This document shows positions 52,897 to 62,483 of a stretch of 64,000 nt of DNA, piece by piece. The stretch is from a virus: IMG/VR virus record IMGVR_UViG_3300028584_000072, positions 1 to 64,000 of that record; one strand, given 5' to 3'. Each line of letters opens with the position of its first letter. Positions within the stretch are counted from its first letter, which is position 1. The notes under the pieces were generated by a model that worked only from the letters and a program-made list of their open reading frames with translations, was not told the origin of the DNA and did not search any database. A program made the translations under genes and the position numbers.

Positions 52897-53092
52897 TAGC
52901 TGAATAAATGAAAATATAGTTTCTAACAACCTCATAACGAAATAACACATCGCATATAGCATTTAAACACTGTACAAGCGTTGAGAATGGTGTTATCATA
53001 TGTAAGATGATAAATCGTATTCGGTAAGAATAAAACGGCTTGTACACGCTTGTACGTAGCTTAAAATTGATGTGTTAAATAAGGAGTAATTT

Positions 53093-53458
53093 ATGAAACC
53101 AATTAATCAAGAATTTACACCTATCGTTGGTATGGCATTAGCCACTAAAGACGGACAGCGTTGCGGTAATGGGTATGTAATTAACAAAGAAACTAAGACA
53201 TATAAAACTCAACGTGCTTCTCTTAACTTAGTTGAAGAAGTATCTTTTGAGTTGTTCCATGTTATTACCGACTATGGTAATGTTATGAAATTAACTGATG
53301 AGGAAGTTAATGAGTTGTTTGAGATTGCTGGATGGTGGTGCGAACAAGAAGATACGAAGATTGAAGGTGGTTGGTATCAAACAGATTTCATGTGTCCTGT
53401 AGCTAGAATTAAACGTCAGATTGAATTATTAACAGATGTATTGAAGGAGATTGAGTGA
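53093..53458 (+). CDS. hypothetical protein (121 aa)
   Basis: ORF track. AAGGAG RBS. Confidence 0.55.
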   Translation: MKPINQEFTPIVGMALATKDGQRCGNGYVINKETKTYKTQRASLNLVEEVSFELFHVITDYGNVMKLTDEEVNELFEIAGWWCEQEDTKIEGGWYQTDFMCPVARIKRQIELLTDVLKEIE

Positions 53459-53838
53459 TGGCTATGAAAATTATCCTTGAGGAAGGTTTCAATAAATATA
53501 CACAAGCCCTCGAAGTTGCTGATTACCAAATCAAAGAATTAGAGTCACAGCTTACGAGTCTGCGTGAGTATAAAAAAGACTTGATTAATAAGAAAGAGGA
53601 ATGTGTAATTTACTATTTAGACACACCTACATATTCACATTCAATAGAATTAATTGATAAATTTATTAAAGATACTAATTTTAATGGTGTTTGGAAGGAT
53701 AAATGGTATTATGAGAGATATTTCTATTTACATGATAAGTATGGTTGGAATATTGGAGAATACAGTAATGATAAGGTAGTGTACTATAGGGAAGTTGAAA
53801 TGAGATACCAAGATTTAAAACGAGAGTGGAAATTATGA
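53458..53838 (+). CDS. hypothetical protein (126 aa)
   Basis: ORF track. The ATG overlaps the upstream TGA. Confidence 0.5.
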   Translation: MAMKIILEEGFNKYTQALEVADYQIKELESQLTSLREYKKDLINKKEECVIYYLDTPTYSHSIELIDKFIKDTNFNGVWKDKWYYERYFYLHDKYGWNIGEYSNDKVVYYREVEMRYQDLKREWKL

Positions 53839-53895
53839 TGAAAGAACGTAAAAAGGTACAAGAAGTAATAGCTGCGCACAACAAAGGAGAATAAT

Positions 53896-54135
53896 ATGTA
53901 CGACCACTTATACAGTTATGATAAGATTTACAAATACGAGATTGTTGTAGAACCTATTCCAGATTCGAGCAAATACAGGGGGTTTGTATACTTAAATTCC
54001 TCTCGTCTTGTTCTTAAGTCAGAACCTTATCGGGAACCTGAAATGTTAAGAAAAGAACTAATCAATGATGTAAATAATTATTTAGACTCTTTCGGTGCTA
54101 TCCCATTGACAAATACAGTTTCAGTGATAGAATGA
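53896..54135 (+). CDS. hypothetical protein (79 aa)
   Basis: ORF track. AAGGAGA RBS. Confidence 0.5.
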   Translation: MYDHLYSYDKIYKYEIVVEPIPDSSKYRGFVYLNSSRLVLKSEPYREPEMLRKELINDVNNYLDSFGAIPLTNTVSVIE

Positions 54136-54162
54136 TTTCTATGTTTAATTAAGGAGAGAACA

Positions 54163-54558
54163 ATGAGTGAAATTCAAGAACAACTGATTGAAATATTTCA
54201 GTTAGATGGTGCTGCTAGTGTTGCTGAATACTTAGCAGATTATGCAGATAGTACGAAGCAATTATGTACTAATGATACCCAACGCGAGTTGGTAGATGAA
54301 TATAGTCGTGAACTGTATGATAAATTCAAGATGGACAGTACACAATACCCAATTGTGCAACGATTGGAAGAAACACTATTATTGAACATGGATGAAGACA
54401 CGATTAAAGAGCTTCTGCGGGTCATCAAGAGTCCTCAGTATAGCAAACTATATGAGTGTATGTCTATTGTATTAGATGAATTTAAATATGGTTTAGATGA
54501 TATCGACAGTGTTGTCGATATTGAACCAGTTGAACGTGAAATTAAAATATTAATGTAA
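54163..54558 (+). CDS. hypothetical acidic protein (131 aa)
   Basis: ORF track. AAGGAGAG RBS. Confidence 0.55.
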   Translation: MSEIQEQLIEIFQLDGAASVAEYLADYADSTKQLCTNDTQRELVDEYSRELYDKFKMDSTQYPIVQRLEETLLLNMDEDTIKELLRVIKSPQYSKLYECMSIVLDEFKYGLDDIDSVVDIEPVEREIKILM

Positions 54559-54569
54559 GGAGAGAATAA

Positions 54570-54908
54570 ATGACTTCAGATTTAGAGTATATTGTACAAA
54601 CAGTGATGAAAGTGTTCTTGTCACAAGTAGCTAACACAATTAAATCATTAGGTTTAGCTGAGGATAAAGTAAATACACTTTTAGATTGGGCTGAAGATAC
54701 GTATAAACTTAGCGATGTCTATCGAGAAGTATTATCTAATGAATTCTCTGGTAAAGAATTGAAAGAAGTGCGGAACTACTTAGGTATTTATCAAGCTCGC
54801 ATGGAATCTTCAGGTGTAGAAGCTGGATTGAAGTTACAAAAGATTTTAGAAGGTGCAGAGAATTCTTTTGAAAATAAAATTAAAGAATTATTAAAGGAGA
54901 ATAACTAA
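54570..54908 (+). CDS. hypothetical protein (112 aa)
   Basis: ORF track. AAGGAGAG RBS. Confidence 0.55.
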   Translation: MTSDLEYIVQTVMKVFLSQVANTIKSLGLAEDKVNTLLDWAEDTYKLSDVYREVLSNEFSGKELKEVRNYLGIYQARMESSGVEAGLKLQKILEGAENSFENKIKELLKENN

Positions 54909-55123
54909 TGTATTTCACATACCCAACTGATGTATTCTTATTAGCTTGTGATACATTCCTCACTAACTTTGAGAGCAATAAAGCAGCACATGAAGAAATT
55001 CCTGATATGTTAAATTATGAACATATCTTACGTAATTACCAGACAACGTTAAAAGCTAAGAGTAAACCGTATAGTGTTATGTTGTGTGAATATGAGTTAG
55101 AATTATTAGGGGGGTATTTATAA
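54908..55123 (+). CDS. hypothetical protein (71 aa)
   Basis: ORF track. TAATG coupling. Confidence 0.5.
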   Translation: MYFTYPTDVFLLACDTFLTNFESNKAAHEEIPDMLNYEHILRNYQTTLKAKSKPYSVMLCEYELELLGGYL

Positions 55124-55287
55124 TGTGGTGGCTACATATTAAATTTACCCTCGCTGTATTGTTATTGACATTAATCCTAGTGTTGATGTACCCATTAGCT
55201 AAGATTACTAAGCGATATAATCCTGCAAGCTTTGATGAACTTAAAGAAGCTTACTCTGGTTTAAGAAATGACGTTTATTTTCGATAA
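55123..55287 (+). CDS. small membrane protein (54 aa)
   Basis: TAATG coupling. MWWLHIKFTLAVLLLTLILVLMYPLAK... forms a single TM helix. Below the ORF-track cutoff. Confidence 0.45.
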   Translation: MWWLHIKFTLAVLLLTLILVLMYPLAKITKRYNPASFDELKEAYSGLRNDVYFR

Positions 55288-55301
55288 ATAAGGAGATTGT
55301 T

Positions 55302-55535
55302 ATGATAACAGGTGCTATAGCAATATTAAACATACTTCTTTTTGCAGTTTGTTGGTTATTTACCATTAAAATCAGAGAGCTTGTTGTATTAGCTGAAGCG
55401 TATAGAGATGATTACTATGCACTGATGGAAAAACATGACCATGTATTAACTCAGTTAGGTAGTCATGGACTCAGGATTAGGTATCAAATGCGCTCAGCTT
55501 GTTATATTGAAGTAGTTAAAGAAGGAGAAAAGTAA
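55302..55535 (+). CDS. small membrane protein (77 aa)
   Basis: N-terminal TM helix ITGAIAILNILLFAVCWLFTI. AAGGAGA RBS. Confidence 0.5.
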   Translation: MITGAIAILNILLFAVCWLFTIKIRELVVLAEAYRDDYYALMEKHDHVLTQLGSHGLRIRYQMRSACYIEVVKEGEK

Positions 55536-55903
55536 TGTGGAATTGGTTATTGCCTAAATTTAGTAAATTGTTTTCATCTGGTAAAGATATACAAGGGTTA
55601 CCTAATGTTGTTGTAACTCAACAACTCCCTGTTACTAAGACAGAAACTCCTATACCGAAAGTAAATACTCCGGCTAAGACAAAGGTTGACAAGCATATTA
55701 AGCCATCAGAGAGTAAGTATAAATCTACGGTTCAATCTGAGAGCAATGCTATCAAAGTGGATAATAGTAATACCCTAAATCCGTATACATCTGCAACTCA
55801 TATCTTATATGGTAGTGATGATAGTTCTTGTCCATCCAAGAGTTATAGTAATTCTGATTATTCAAGTAGCTCAAGTAGTAGTTCATCAAGTAGTTGTGAT
55901 TAA
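55535..55903 (+). CDS. hypothetical protein with C-terminal poly-Ser tract
   Basis: ORF track. It ends ..SNSDYSSSSSSSSSSSCD. Confidence 0.5.
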   Translation: MWNWLLPKFSKLFSSGKDIQGLPNVVVTQQLPVTKTETPIPKVNTPAKTKVDKHIKPSESKYKSTVQSESNAIKVDNSNTLNPYTSATHILYGSDDSSCPSKSYSNSDYSSSSSSSSSSSCD

Positions 55904-55915
55904 GGGGGGTGATAA

Positions 55916-56716
55916 ATGGAACATTCATCAAATGGTAAACAACGTGTAAAACGTACTCGTCGTACAGCAGAACAAGTACGTGCTGATAAGGTTAACGCTG
56001 GTGTGCGCGAAATCAAAGAAAAATTTTTAGATGAGCGTAAGGCTATTAAACCTGTACAAGCTAAGAATGATTTCCAGAAAGCGGTATTACGTGCATTAGC
56101 TACTAAACAAGTCGTGGTTATTTCAGCCCCTGCTGGTGTTGGTAAATCATTTCTAACTATGTCGATGGCTTCTGATGCACTGGTGAAAGGTGAAACAGAT
56201 AAACTATTCCTAGCTCGTCCTGCTGTCGGTATGGGTAACAGTTTAGGTATGCTAAAAGGTACTTTACGTGAGAAGTACGAACCTTACTTAATGCCACTGA
56301 TTGAAGTGTTAGTTGATCGTCATGGGCGGGGTGTATACGAATCAGGGCTAAACACTGGCAGTATTGAGTTAATCCCTTTTGAATACATGCGAGGGCGAAA
56401 TTTATCTGGTTGGGCTGTTGTTGACGAAGTTCAGGGATGTTCTTCTACTGAGATTTATTCAGTGTTAACTCGTATCACAGAGGGTGGTAAGCTCATACTA
56501 CTCGGCGATAAGACACAATCGGACCTGAAAGGTATTGATGGTATGTCTTGGTTGCATGACTTTGTAGATCGTCATAACCTTCACGACACTGTAGAATTTA
56601 TCGAAGGTACTTCGGATGATATTGTACGTTCTGGTTTTGTTAAAGCTATCGTAAAAGCTAAAGAACAAGACACTGGTATTTACACTAACAAGTGGAAGGA
56701 GAATGTTAATGAGTGA
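55916..56716 (+). CDS. phoH: PhoH-like ATPase
   Basis: Walker A APAGVGKSF, Walker B WAVVDEVQ. The size and order fit the PhoH family. Confidence 0.75.
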   Translation: MEHSSNGKQRVKRTRRTAEQVRADKVNAGVREIKEKFLDERKAIKPVQAKNDFQKAVLRALATKQVVVISAPAGVGKSFLTMSMASDALVKGETDKLFLARPAVGMGNSLGMLKGTLREKYEPYLMPLIEVLVDRHGRGVYESGLNTGSIELIPFEYMRGRNLSGWAVVDEVQGCSSTEIYSVLTRITEGGKLILLGDKTQSDLKGIDGMSWLHDFVDRHNLHDTVEFIEGTSDDIVRSGFVKAIVKAKEQDTGIYTNKWKENVNE

Positions 56717-57443
56717 TTTCGATAAACCAAACAAAGATGTAGTATACGCACAACCACGAGCTTTCGAGTTTACATATTATTTATCTGATTGTGTACAAGA
56801 TTCACACGAATACCACGAATTACTACAATTATTGGACACAGCATCAGAAAATGACTTAATCCGGTTAGTCATTAATAATTATGGCGGCGAGGTTGGTTCT
56901 ACTGTGCAATTGGTAGACCACGTTCGCAGTTCTAAAGCTACAGTAGTTGGCTTAATCTCCGGTAATGCTTTCTCTGCTGCTGGTGTAATCTGGATGGCTT
57001 GCGATATACAGGAATTCAGTGAACATTGTATGCTGATGATTCACTGTGCTGTTGGTGGGTCATCTGGTAAATACTCAGATATTGAAAAGTATATCAAAGT
57101 GGCTAACAAGCGCACCCGTAAATTATATGCTGACATCTTTGAAGGTTTCTTAACCGAAGAAGAATTAGAATCAGTAGCTAAAGGTGAAGAACTTTGGATT
57201 TTAGATGATGAATTAAAAGAACGTCTATCTAAACGTGATGAAATGTTTGCAGCTAAACAAAAACAGTCACAAACTAAACCTTTCAACTTGGAAGGTTTAT
57301 ACGAAGAAGTGCTAACAAGAGAACAGTTGTTAAAATTAACTAAACCACAGTTAGCTCAATATGTATTAGGTGAGATTTCTGTTGATGTTGATGATAATGG
57401 AAAATTAGTTATCACTGCTCTTGACAATAGTGTACCAGAGTAA
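56709..57443 (+). CDS. ClpP/SppA-family serine peptidase-like protein
   Basis: LVINNYGGEVGSTVQLVDHV...GLISGNAFSAAGVIWMACD...MIHCA follows the ClpP-like pattern. ATG 56709 is spaced 7 nt from AAGGAG. Confidence 0.55.
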   Translation: MSDFDKPNKDVVYAQPRAFEFTYYLSDCVQDSHEYHELLQLLDTASENDLIRLVINNYGGEVGSTVQLVDHVRSSKATVVGLISGNAFSAAGVIWMACDIQEFSEHCMLMIHCAVGGSSGKYSDIEKYIKVANKRTRKLYADIFEGFLTEEELESVAKGEELWILDDELKERLSKRDEMFAAKQKQSQTKPFNLEGLYEEVLTREQLLKLTKPQLAQYVLGEISVDVDDNGKLVITALDNSVPE

Positions 57444-57450
57444 TATACTT

Positions 57451-57479
57451 AGCCTCAGTCGAAAGATTGGGGCTTTTTA
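57451..57479 (+). terminator. rho-independent terminator
   Basis: AGCCTCAGTC-GAAA-GATTGGGGCT followed by TTTTT. Confidence 0.65.
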
Positions 57480-57496
57480 ATTTGTAGGAGGGAATA

Positions 57497-57772
57497 GTGA
57501 AGAACATTGCAGTTGTTTGTAACAATTTTGTCGAATGGCGACACTTCGTAGACACGTTACAATTTACATTGTCTAAAGACAATAAGCCATACAAAGCTGT
57601 AGCAGCGTCTATTATTGACATTGAGAAGCAAGTGAAGTATATCCTAGTACATAATTCGTATCAAGGTATTGACAATATGTGCGGGTATAAAATCAGTGAC
57701 TATCTAACAATGGCTAGTATTGTCGATAATGATGTACATGAATATTTAATGACTAATATGAGAGGAGAATGA
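57497..57772 (+). CDS. hypothetical protein (91 aa)
   Basis: GTG start after AGGAGGG. ORF track. Confidence 0.5.
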   Translation: MKNIAVVCNNFVEWRHFVDTLQFTLSKDNKPYKAVAASIIDIEKQVKYILVHNSYQGIDNMCGYKISDYLTMASIVDNDVHEYLMTNMRGE

Positions 57773-57773
57773 G

Positions 57774-58358
57774 ATGAGTAAAGTAATTATTTTGAATGCA
57801 CCACCGTCTAGTGGTAAGGATATTGCAGCAGATTGGATTGTAGCAAAATATGGCGCACAGCATTTACGTTTTAAAGACCAATTGTATCGTGTAGCTGCAC
57901 AAGTTGCTGATATTGATTTAGACTGGATGATTACTTTAGCTACAAGTCGTGAACTAAAGGAGGTTAACTCCATTTACCTGAGATTGAATGCTCTCGATGT
58001 AAGTCCTCGCCAATGGCTTATTCATTGTTCAGAAAATATCGTTAAACCTTTATTGGGTAAAGATTTCTTTGGTAAAAGTTTAGCTAATTCTATTGAATTA
58101 GATTTAGTTGTGGTATCTGATGGTGGATTTGCTGAAGAATTGGTTCCTGTATTAACAGCAGGACACGATGTTTACGTGTTGCGTATTGTTCGAGATGGGT
58201 ATACATTTGAAGGTGATAGTCGTAACTACTTTGAAACTTCACCACTATATAAGACTATCCTGATTGAAAACAACGGGACATTAGACCAATACCAAAATAA
58301 AATTTACAGTGTTATAGATGGTATTGTTGGTATTTCTGGATTGAGTGGTGCATTATGA
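57774..58358 (+). CDS. P-loop kinase, dNMP-kinase-like
   Basis: LNAPPSSGKD P-loop (GKD variant as in phage dNMP kinases). 194 aa. Confidence 0.5.
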   Translation: MSKVIILNAPPSSGKDIAADWIVAKYGAQHLRFKDQLYRVAAQVADIDLDWMITLATSRELKEVNSIYLRLNALDVSPRQWLIHCSENIVKPLLGKDFFGKSLANSIELDLVVVSDGGFAEELVPVLTAGHDVYVLRIVRDGYTFEGDSRNYFETSPLYKTILIENNGTLDQYQNKIYSVIDGIVGISGLSGAL

Positions 58359-58636
58359 CACTAAACTTATTCATAGCAATCTTTGCTGTAAACTTTGTGT
58401 ACGTGATGCTAAAATCAATGCAACAAAAATCCGTAGTTGCCGACAAAAAGCTATTCATTGTACCAACATCTATGGCAATGGCAGGTTGCGAAACATTTAT
58501 GATTGGAACTATTGCTACCCTTGTAGTAGCTAGTGGTTCTTACTGGGCGTTTATCCCTGCTGGTCTTGGTGGAGGTACAGGGTGCTTAATTGGTATGGAA
58601 CTGTTTAACAGATTAAACAAAGGAGAAACAAAATGA
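58355..58636 (+). CDS. membrane protein (93 aa, 3 TM)
   Basis: Hydrophobic segments. ATGA coupling. Confidence 0.5.
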   Translation: MTLNLFIAIFAVNFVYVMLKSMQQKSVVADKKLFIVPTSMAMAGCETFMIGTIATLVVASGSYWAFIPAGLGGGTGCLIGMELFNRLNKGETK

Positions 58637-58893
58637 GCGAACAAATGCGGGAAGATTTTACAAAGTTTGCAAATCACTGGCGTTATGATTTGACACTTGA
58701 TGAAAATGATTTTTATCAGTGTGCTGTAACCCAAAGAGTTTGGGATTCTTGGAGTTCAGCATGGCAAGCTAGCCGATCGGCGATTGTTGTTGATTTATCA
58801 GACTTATGCGAAGCAAGCTACACATATTCAGGTACTTGCTATAAATCAGATGTTGAATATCGCTTAGAACAGACAGGAGTGCCATACAAATGA
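58633..58893 (+). CDS. hypothetical protein (86 aa)
   Basis: ORF track. ATGA coupling. Confidence 0.5.
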   Translation: MSEQMREDFTKFANHWRYDLTLDENDFYQCAVTQRVWDSWSSAWQASRSAIVVDLSDLCEASYTYSGTCYKSDVEYRLEQTGVPYK

Positions 58894-59087
58894 GCCACTA
58901 CGACACCTTAAGAGAGTATATGATTATTCCAGACGATAAAGAAACTATCCGACAGCTAGAACTCCGCAACAAAGAGTTGCAAGAGTATACTAAAGTGTTG
59001 GAGAATCAGATCGATAGTTTGTTAAAAGCTAATAAACTCTATCGTGAAGCATTAGATGACTATAGAAATGAAAAAGCCCGCATTTAG
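58890..59087 (+). CDS. hypothetical coiled-coil protein (65 aa)
   Basis: ORF track. ATGA coupling. Confidence 0.5.
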   Translation: MSHYDTLREYMIIPDDKETIRQLELRNKELQEYTKVLENQIDSLLKANKLYREALDDYRNEKARI

Positions 59088-59100
59088 CGGGCTTTTGTTT
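59071..59100. terminator. bidirectional rho-independent terminator
   Basis: AAAAAGCCCGC-ATTTA-GCGGGCTTTTGTTT, at the convergence of the + genes and the inverted fibre island. Confidence 0.75.
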
Positions 59101-59102
59101 AT

Positions 59103-59648
59103 CTAAATTCCAGAGGATAACCTAACAATCATATAACTAACATCATACACTTGGAAGTTACCACTGCCTGATGAGAATTTAACCTCTAAACCATTATTAA
59201 TTAAATCTTGTCCGATGAATAAGGGTACTGATACAGATACAAATTGTTCATTGTTAGCTGCTTTAGGTACACCGAATGTTTGAGCATTTATCGGGTTGAA
59301 TCCAAATGTAGGAGCTTCCAATAAAACATCAGCATGTCCATTCTGACTACTGCATTTAGCTTTAAACCGTATTTCAACTAAGAATACATCATTCAGAGTA
59401 GTTGGAGTGAACTTCTGTAATGTGTAATCATAATTTATAACTAAATCTCTACCAGCTTGATATGAGATGTTGCTTGATTGGAACGTTATTTTAGATGTAG
59501 AGCCTTGGTTCACCACTAAAGGAGATGCTGAAGTATAATTACCTAATTGAAGAAACCTCCAATCCCCATTAGCAAGTATGTTATCTACTCTACGTTCCCT
59601 CCCTGTGGCCCATGACATTAAGTAATATAGGATTTTACGGTACTGCAT
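59103..59648 (-). CDS. hypothetical protein of fibre island (181 aa; possible fibre tip/chaperone)
   Basis: ORF track. Last gene of the inverted 4-gene cassette. Confidence 0.45.
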   Translation of the reverse strand: MQYRKILYYLMSWATGRERRVDNILANGDWRFLQLGNYTSASPLVVNQGSTSKITFQSSNISYQAGRDLVINYDYTLQKFTPTTLNDVFLVEIRFKAKCSSQNGHADVLLEAPTFGFNPINAQTFGVPKAANNEQFVSVSVPLFIGQDLINNGLEVKFSSGSGNFQVYDVSYMIVRLSSGI

Positions 59649-59649
59649 A

Positions 59650-60438
59650 TTATAGACCTAAATACACAAACTCTGTTTTAGCAGAGTATGCAGGTAAATG
59701 CGCTGTTTGAGCAACACCACCGTTAATACTTGATGTTGTATAACTGTGAGTGTGTGTTGAGTTGGCTGTACCAGAAGTTTTTATAGGTACGTTGATGGTG
59801 ATAGCATGACTATGTAATGTACTTGCGTCAGATACGGCTCTGTCTATACCATCTAGTGCTAGAAATGAGTAATCATTCCCTGCTAGAGCCGCCCCATTAT
59901 CAGAAACAACTGTACGTGCTGAAGGGAAAGAAATTACGTTCGGATTAGTCACATCCGTAGCATAATCAGCAGCAGTATTCTCTGAGATAGTATATGCAGC
60001 AGTAGTGTGGGTATGGCTCGCAGACTCATTACCAGTGTTGCCAGTTAAGGTAAAGTTAGGTAATGCCGATCTAGCGATGTTATTATTACCACCAATAGTA
60101 CCAGAGGTAATTGCAGAACTGGCAGCTAGAGGAAATAGACCTTTAGTATTAGGTATACTGATAGTCCAACCTAAAGTAACAGCAGCAGCTTGAGTTGTTG
60201 TGCTGAAGCTAGAAACTAGACGACCATCTAGTATGTACCAACCATCATGGTCAACCGTCTTGTAACTAAATTTAGTATCACCGATAATAGCGCCAACGAT
60301 AGCGTTACTGCTAGCGTTCTCTAAAGTAGTTACTCGCACATCCAAACCTGTCACTGGATGACTTACTGCTGTGTTTAAAGTAGTAACTGTATTACTGACA
60401 GTGACTACTTGTGCTTGCGTTGCTAAATATGTTTTCAT
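59650..60438 (-). CDS. tail fibre protein with collar-like motif
   Basis: The N-terminal coiled segment then DHDGWYILDGRLV resembles the tail-collar GW..CDG motif. It also has repeated HTH/HSH motifs. Confidence 0.5.
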   Translation of the reverse strand: MKTYLATQAQVVTVSNTVTTLNTAVSHPVTGLDVRVTTLENASSNAIVGAIIGDTKFSYKTVDHDGWYILDGRLVSSFSTTTQAAAVTLGWTISIPNTKGLFPLAASSAITSGTIGGNNNIARSALPNFTLTGNTGNESASHTHTTAAYTISENTAADYATDVTNPNVISFPSARTVVSDNGAALAGNDYSFLALDGIDRAVSDASTLHSHAITINVPIKTSGTANSTHTHSYTTSSINGGVAQTAHLPAYSAKTEFVYLGL

Positions 60439-60440
60439 TG

Positions 60441-61994
60441 TTAAACTCCATCAGTCCAGTAGATACCGATATCATCAATTCCGAAGAACCCCTCTACTAA
60501 AGTATTGTCGTGGATAGTCTTGATTTGCTTTTGGTTGTAGTCCCCTATTGCCGGAACGACAGCACCATTACGTCCTTTGAAACTAACAACATTAGTTGCT
60601 ACAACGCCAATCTGTTTCCAATTAGCTTCTACAGAAGTATCTTGATTAGCTTCAATACCATAAGTGAAACCACTATCTTGTTGGATAGCTAATAACGCAC
60701 CAGTGGATTGAGGGGTAGTTAATCTCCCTGCTTGGTTAGCTACAATCTTAATTCCAGTAGGAGATACCGCAACTTCAGCTACACCGTTGCCATCAATACT
60801 TAAAGTGGTTCCTAGTTTAATAGTACCTGAGATGGTTGGAGAAGCTACAGGATAATCTTTGATTGCTGCACCACTCAAACGGTCAGCACCAGTAAGTGTT
60901 TCCAGAGTTCTAGCAGTTAAGGTGATGTTACCTTCATGTAGAACTCTTTTATCCGAGAAGGTACGGTAATAAGATTCACGATACGGTTGTGTACCATCAA
61001 CGTTAGAAGCTACACGCAAGAATGCACCATTAGGTTTCTTGATAGTTGCTTTGAATTGTTGACCATTGAACATCCATAATGGATACTTAAAAGGAACACG
61101 AGCCTTAACACCATTCACATAATTAGCATCAAACTCAAATCTACTGATCTCTTTGTTATTGGATGTTTTTGTTACAGTGAGAATTAGTTTACCCGAATAA
61201 GTTTCTTTTGGGAAAAGGTCTATATACAGAAAAACAACATCGTCGGAACAAGTAAATGAACTGTTGTAATCGATGGTACTAGCACCAAGAGAACCTGCAA
61301 GTTGTACCATTTGAATGTTACTTGCGTGTACACGAGCAGACTGCTCAACTACTTGAATACCGTCTGCACTAATAGCCCCCCAACAAGGGTGCCAAGCTAA
61401 TGTACTATCTTCGTTCTTGAAGATAACATTCTCATTCGCACTACCTATAGAATGTAGTTCTCCTAGATGAATACTACCTGTACCAGTAGACACACTGTTA
61501 ATGATCCAACTACCATACTCATCAGCCTCTTGAATGATAGTACTACCTTTCAGTAACTGAAGTTTCCCGTCCCCACTGAGTTGATATTCAAATGGAGCAG
61601 GAATACCAGTGCTAGAGTTTACAGCATTAAATTTAGCAACATTAGGTTGTTCTGGTGTCCATGTTGCGCCGTTATCTGTAGACCATCTCCAATATTTATG
61701 TGTAAGACTGTTTAATGTGGAAGTCCAACCAGTGAGACCATCAGCAGAATAGTTAATTATTAATGATGGCGCTGGTTCACCTTGTTGTCCTTGGATAATC
61801 ACAGAGGTGTCTACCCAAGTACCACTGATCCGTTTTTGTAGCACCCCTGCTGTAGATATATTTAAATCTTCAACTAACTCTGAGGGATTGTTAGAGAAGT
61901 ATGTGTCCCTTGCTGTAGCGTTAGCGAAGATTTGGTCATTCCGCACAGAAAGACTACCACCTCCACTACCACCTCTACCTAGTTTAATACCCAT
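60441..61994 (-). CDS. tail fibre protein (517 aa)
   Basis: Gly-rich N-terminus (GRGGSGGGS) and an Asp-box-like STDNGATW. Beta-rich. Confidence 0.5.
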   Translation of the reverse strand: MGIKLGRGGSGGGSLSVRNDQIFANATARDTYFSNNPSELVEDLNISTAGVLQKRISGTWVDTSVIIQGQQGEPAPSLIINYSADGLTGWTSTLNSLTHKYWRWSTDNGATWTPEQPNVAKFNAVNSSTGIPAPFEYQLSGDGKLQLLKGSTIIQEADEYGSWIINSVSTGTGSIHLGELHSIGSANENVIFKNEDSTLAWHPCWGAISADGIQVVEQSARVHASNIQMVQLAGSLGASTIDYNSSFTCSDDVVFLYIDLFPKETYSGKLILTVTKTSNNKEISRFEFDANYVNGVKARVPFKYPLWMFNGQQFKATIKKPNGAFLRVASNVDGTQPYRESYYRTFSDKRVLHEGNITLTARTLETLTGADRLSGAAIKDYPVASPTISGTIKLGTTLSIDGNGVAEVAVSPTGIKIVANQAGRLTTPQSTGALLAIQQDSGFTYGIEANQDTSVEANWKQIGVVATNVVSFKGRNGAVVPAIGDYNQKQIKTIHDNTLVEGFFGIDDIGIYWTDGV

Positions 61995-62008
61995 TACTTA
62001 TTTCCTTA

Positions 62009-62290
62009 TTAGTCAGAGACAATTAAACGGAGGGTTTTATTTTGTTCAGCAGGACGTACCCAAATCTTCAATGATCCTGAGTCAATTCTAGCAATAGATA
62101 GGTCTTCGTAGTTTGGGGTAAATAACACGATACCGTCAGTGCGTACAGGTTTAGTAGATGAATCTACCATATATGCGTTACAAGATGAAATGTTTTGAAT
62201 TACAATCGCTGCTCCAACGGCAGCACCAGACAGAGTATTTAGATCTACCCAGTCATCAATAGAACTAACAACAGTCGTATAGACAGCCAT
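62009..62290 (-). CDS. hypothetical protein, first gene of fibre island (93 aa)
   Basis: ORF track. Confidence 0.45.
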   Translation of the reverse strand: MAVYTTVVSSIDDWVDLNTLSGAAVGAAIVIQNISSCNAYMVDSSTKPVRTDGIVLFTPNYEDLSIARIDSGSLKIWVRPAEQNKTLRLIVSD

Positions 62291-62424
62291 AATTTATTCC
62301 TTTTATTTTAGCTAAAATATTGTGTAAATATACTTGACATACAGCGCAACGTATGCCTACTGCAATATTATCAGTGATTTACTAAAATGCAACCGGATTT
62401 TAGATTAAATTTGTAATTTATATC

Positions 62425-62452
62425 TTGCACACAATACGGATTCGTGTATAAT
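62425..62452 (+). promoter_or_regulatory. sigma70-type promoter with extended -10
   Basis: TTGCAC, 16 nt, (TG)TATAAT. Confidence 0.55.
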
Positions 62453-62483
62453 AAATCCTATCAAAACATGAAGGAGAAAATAA

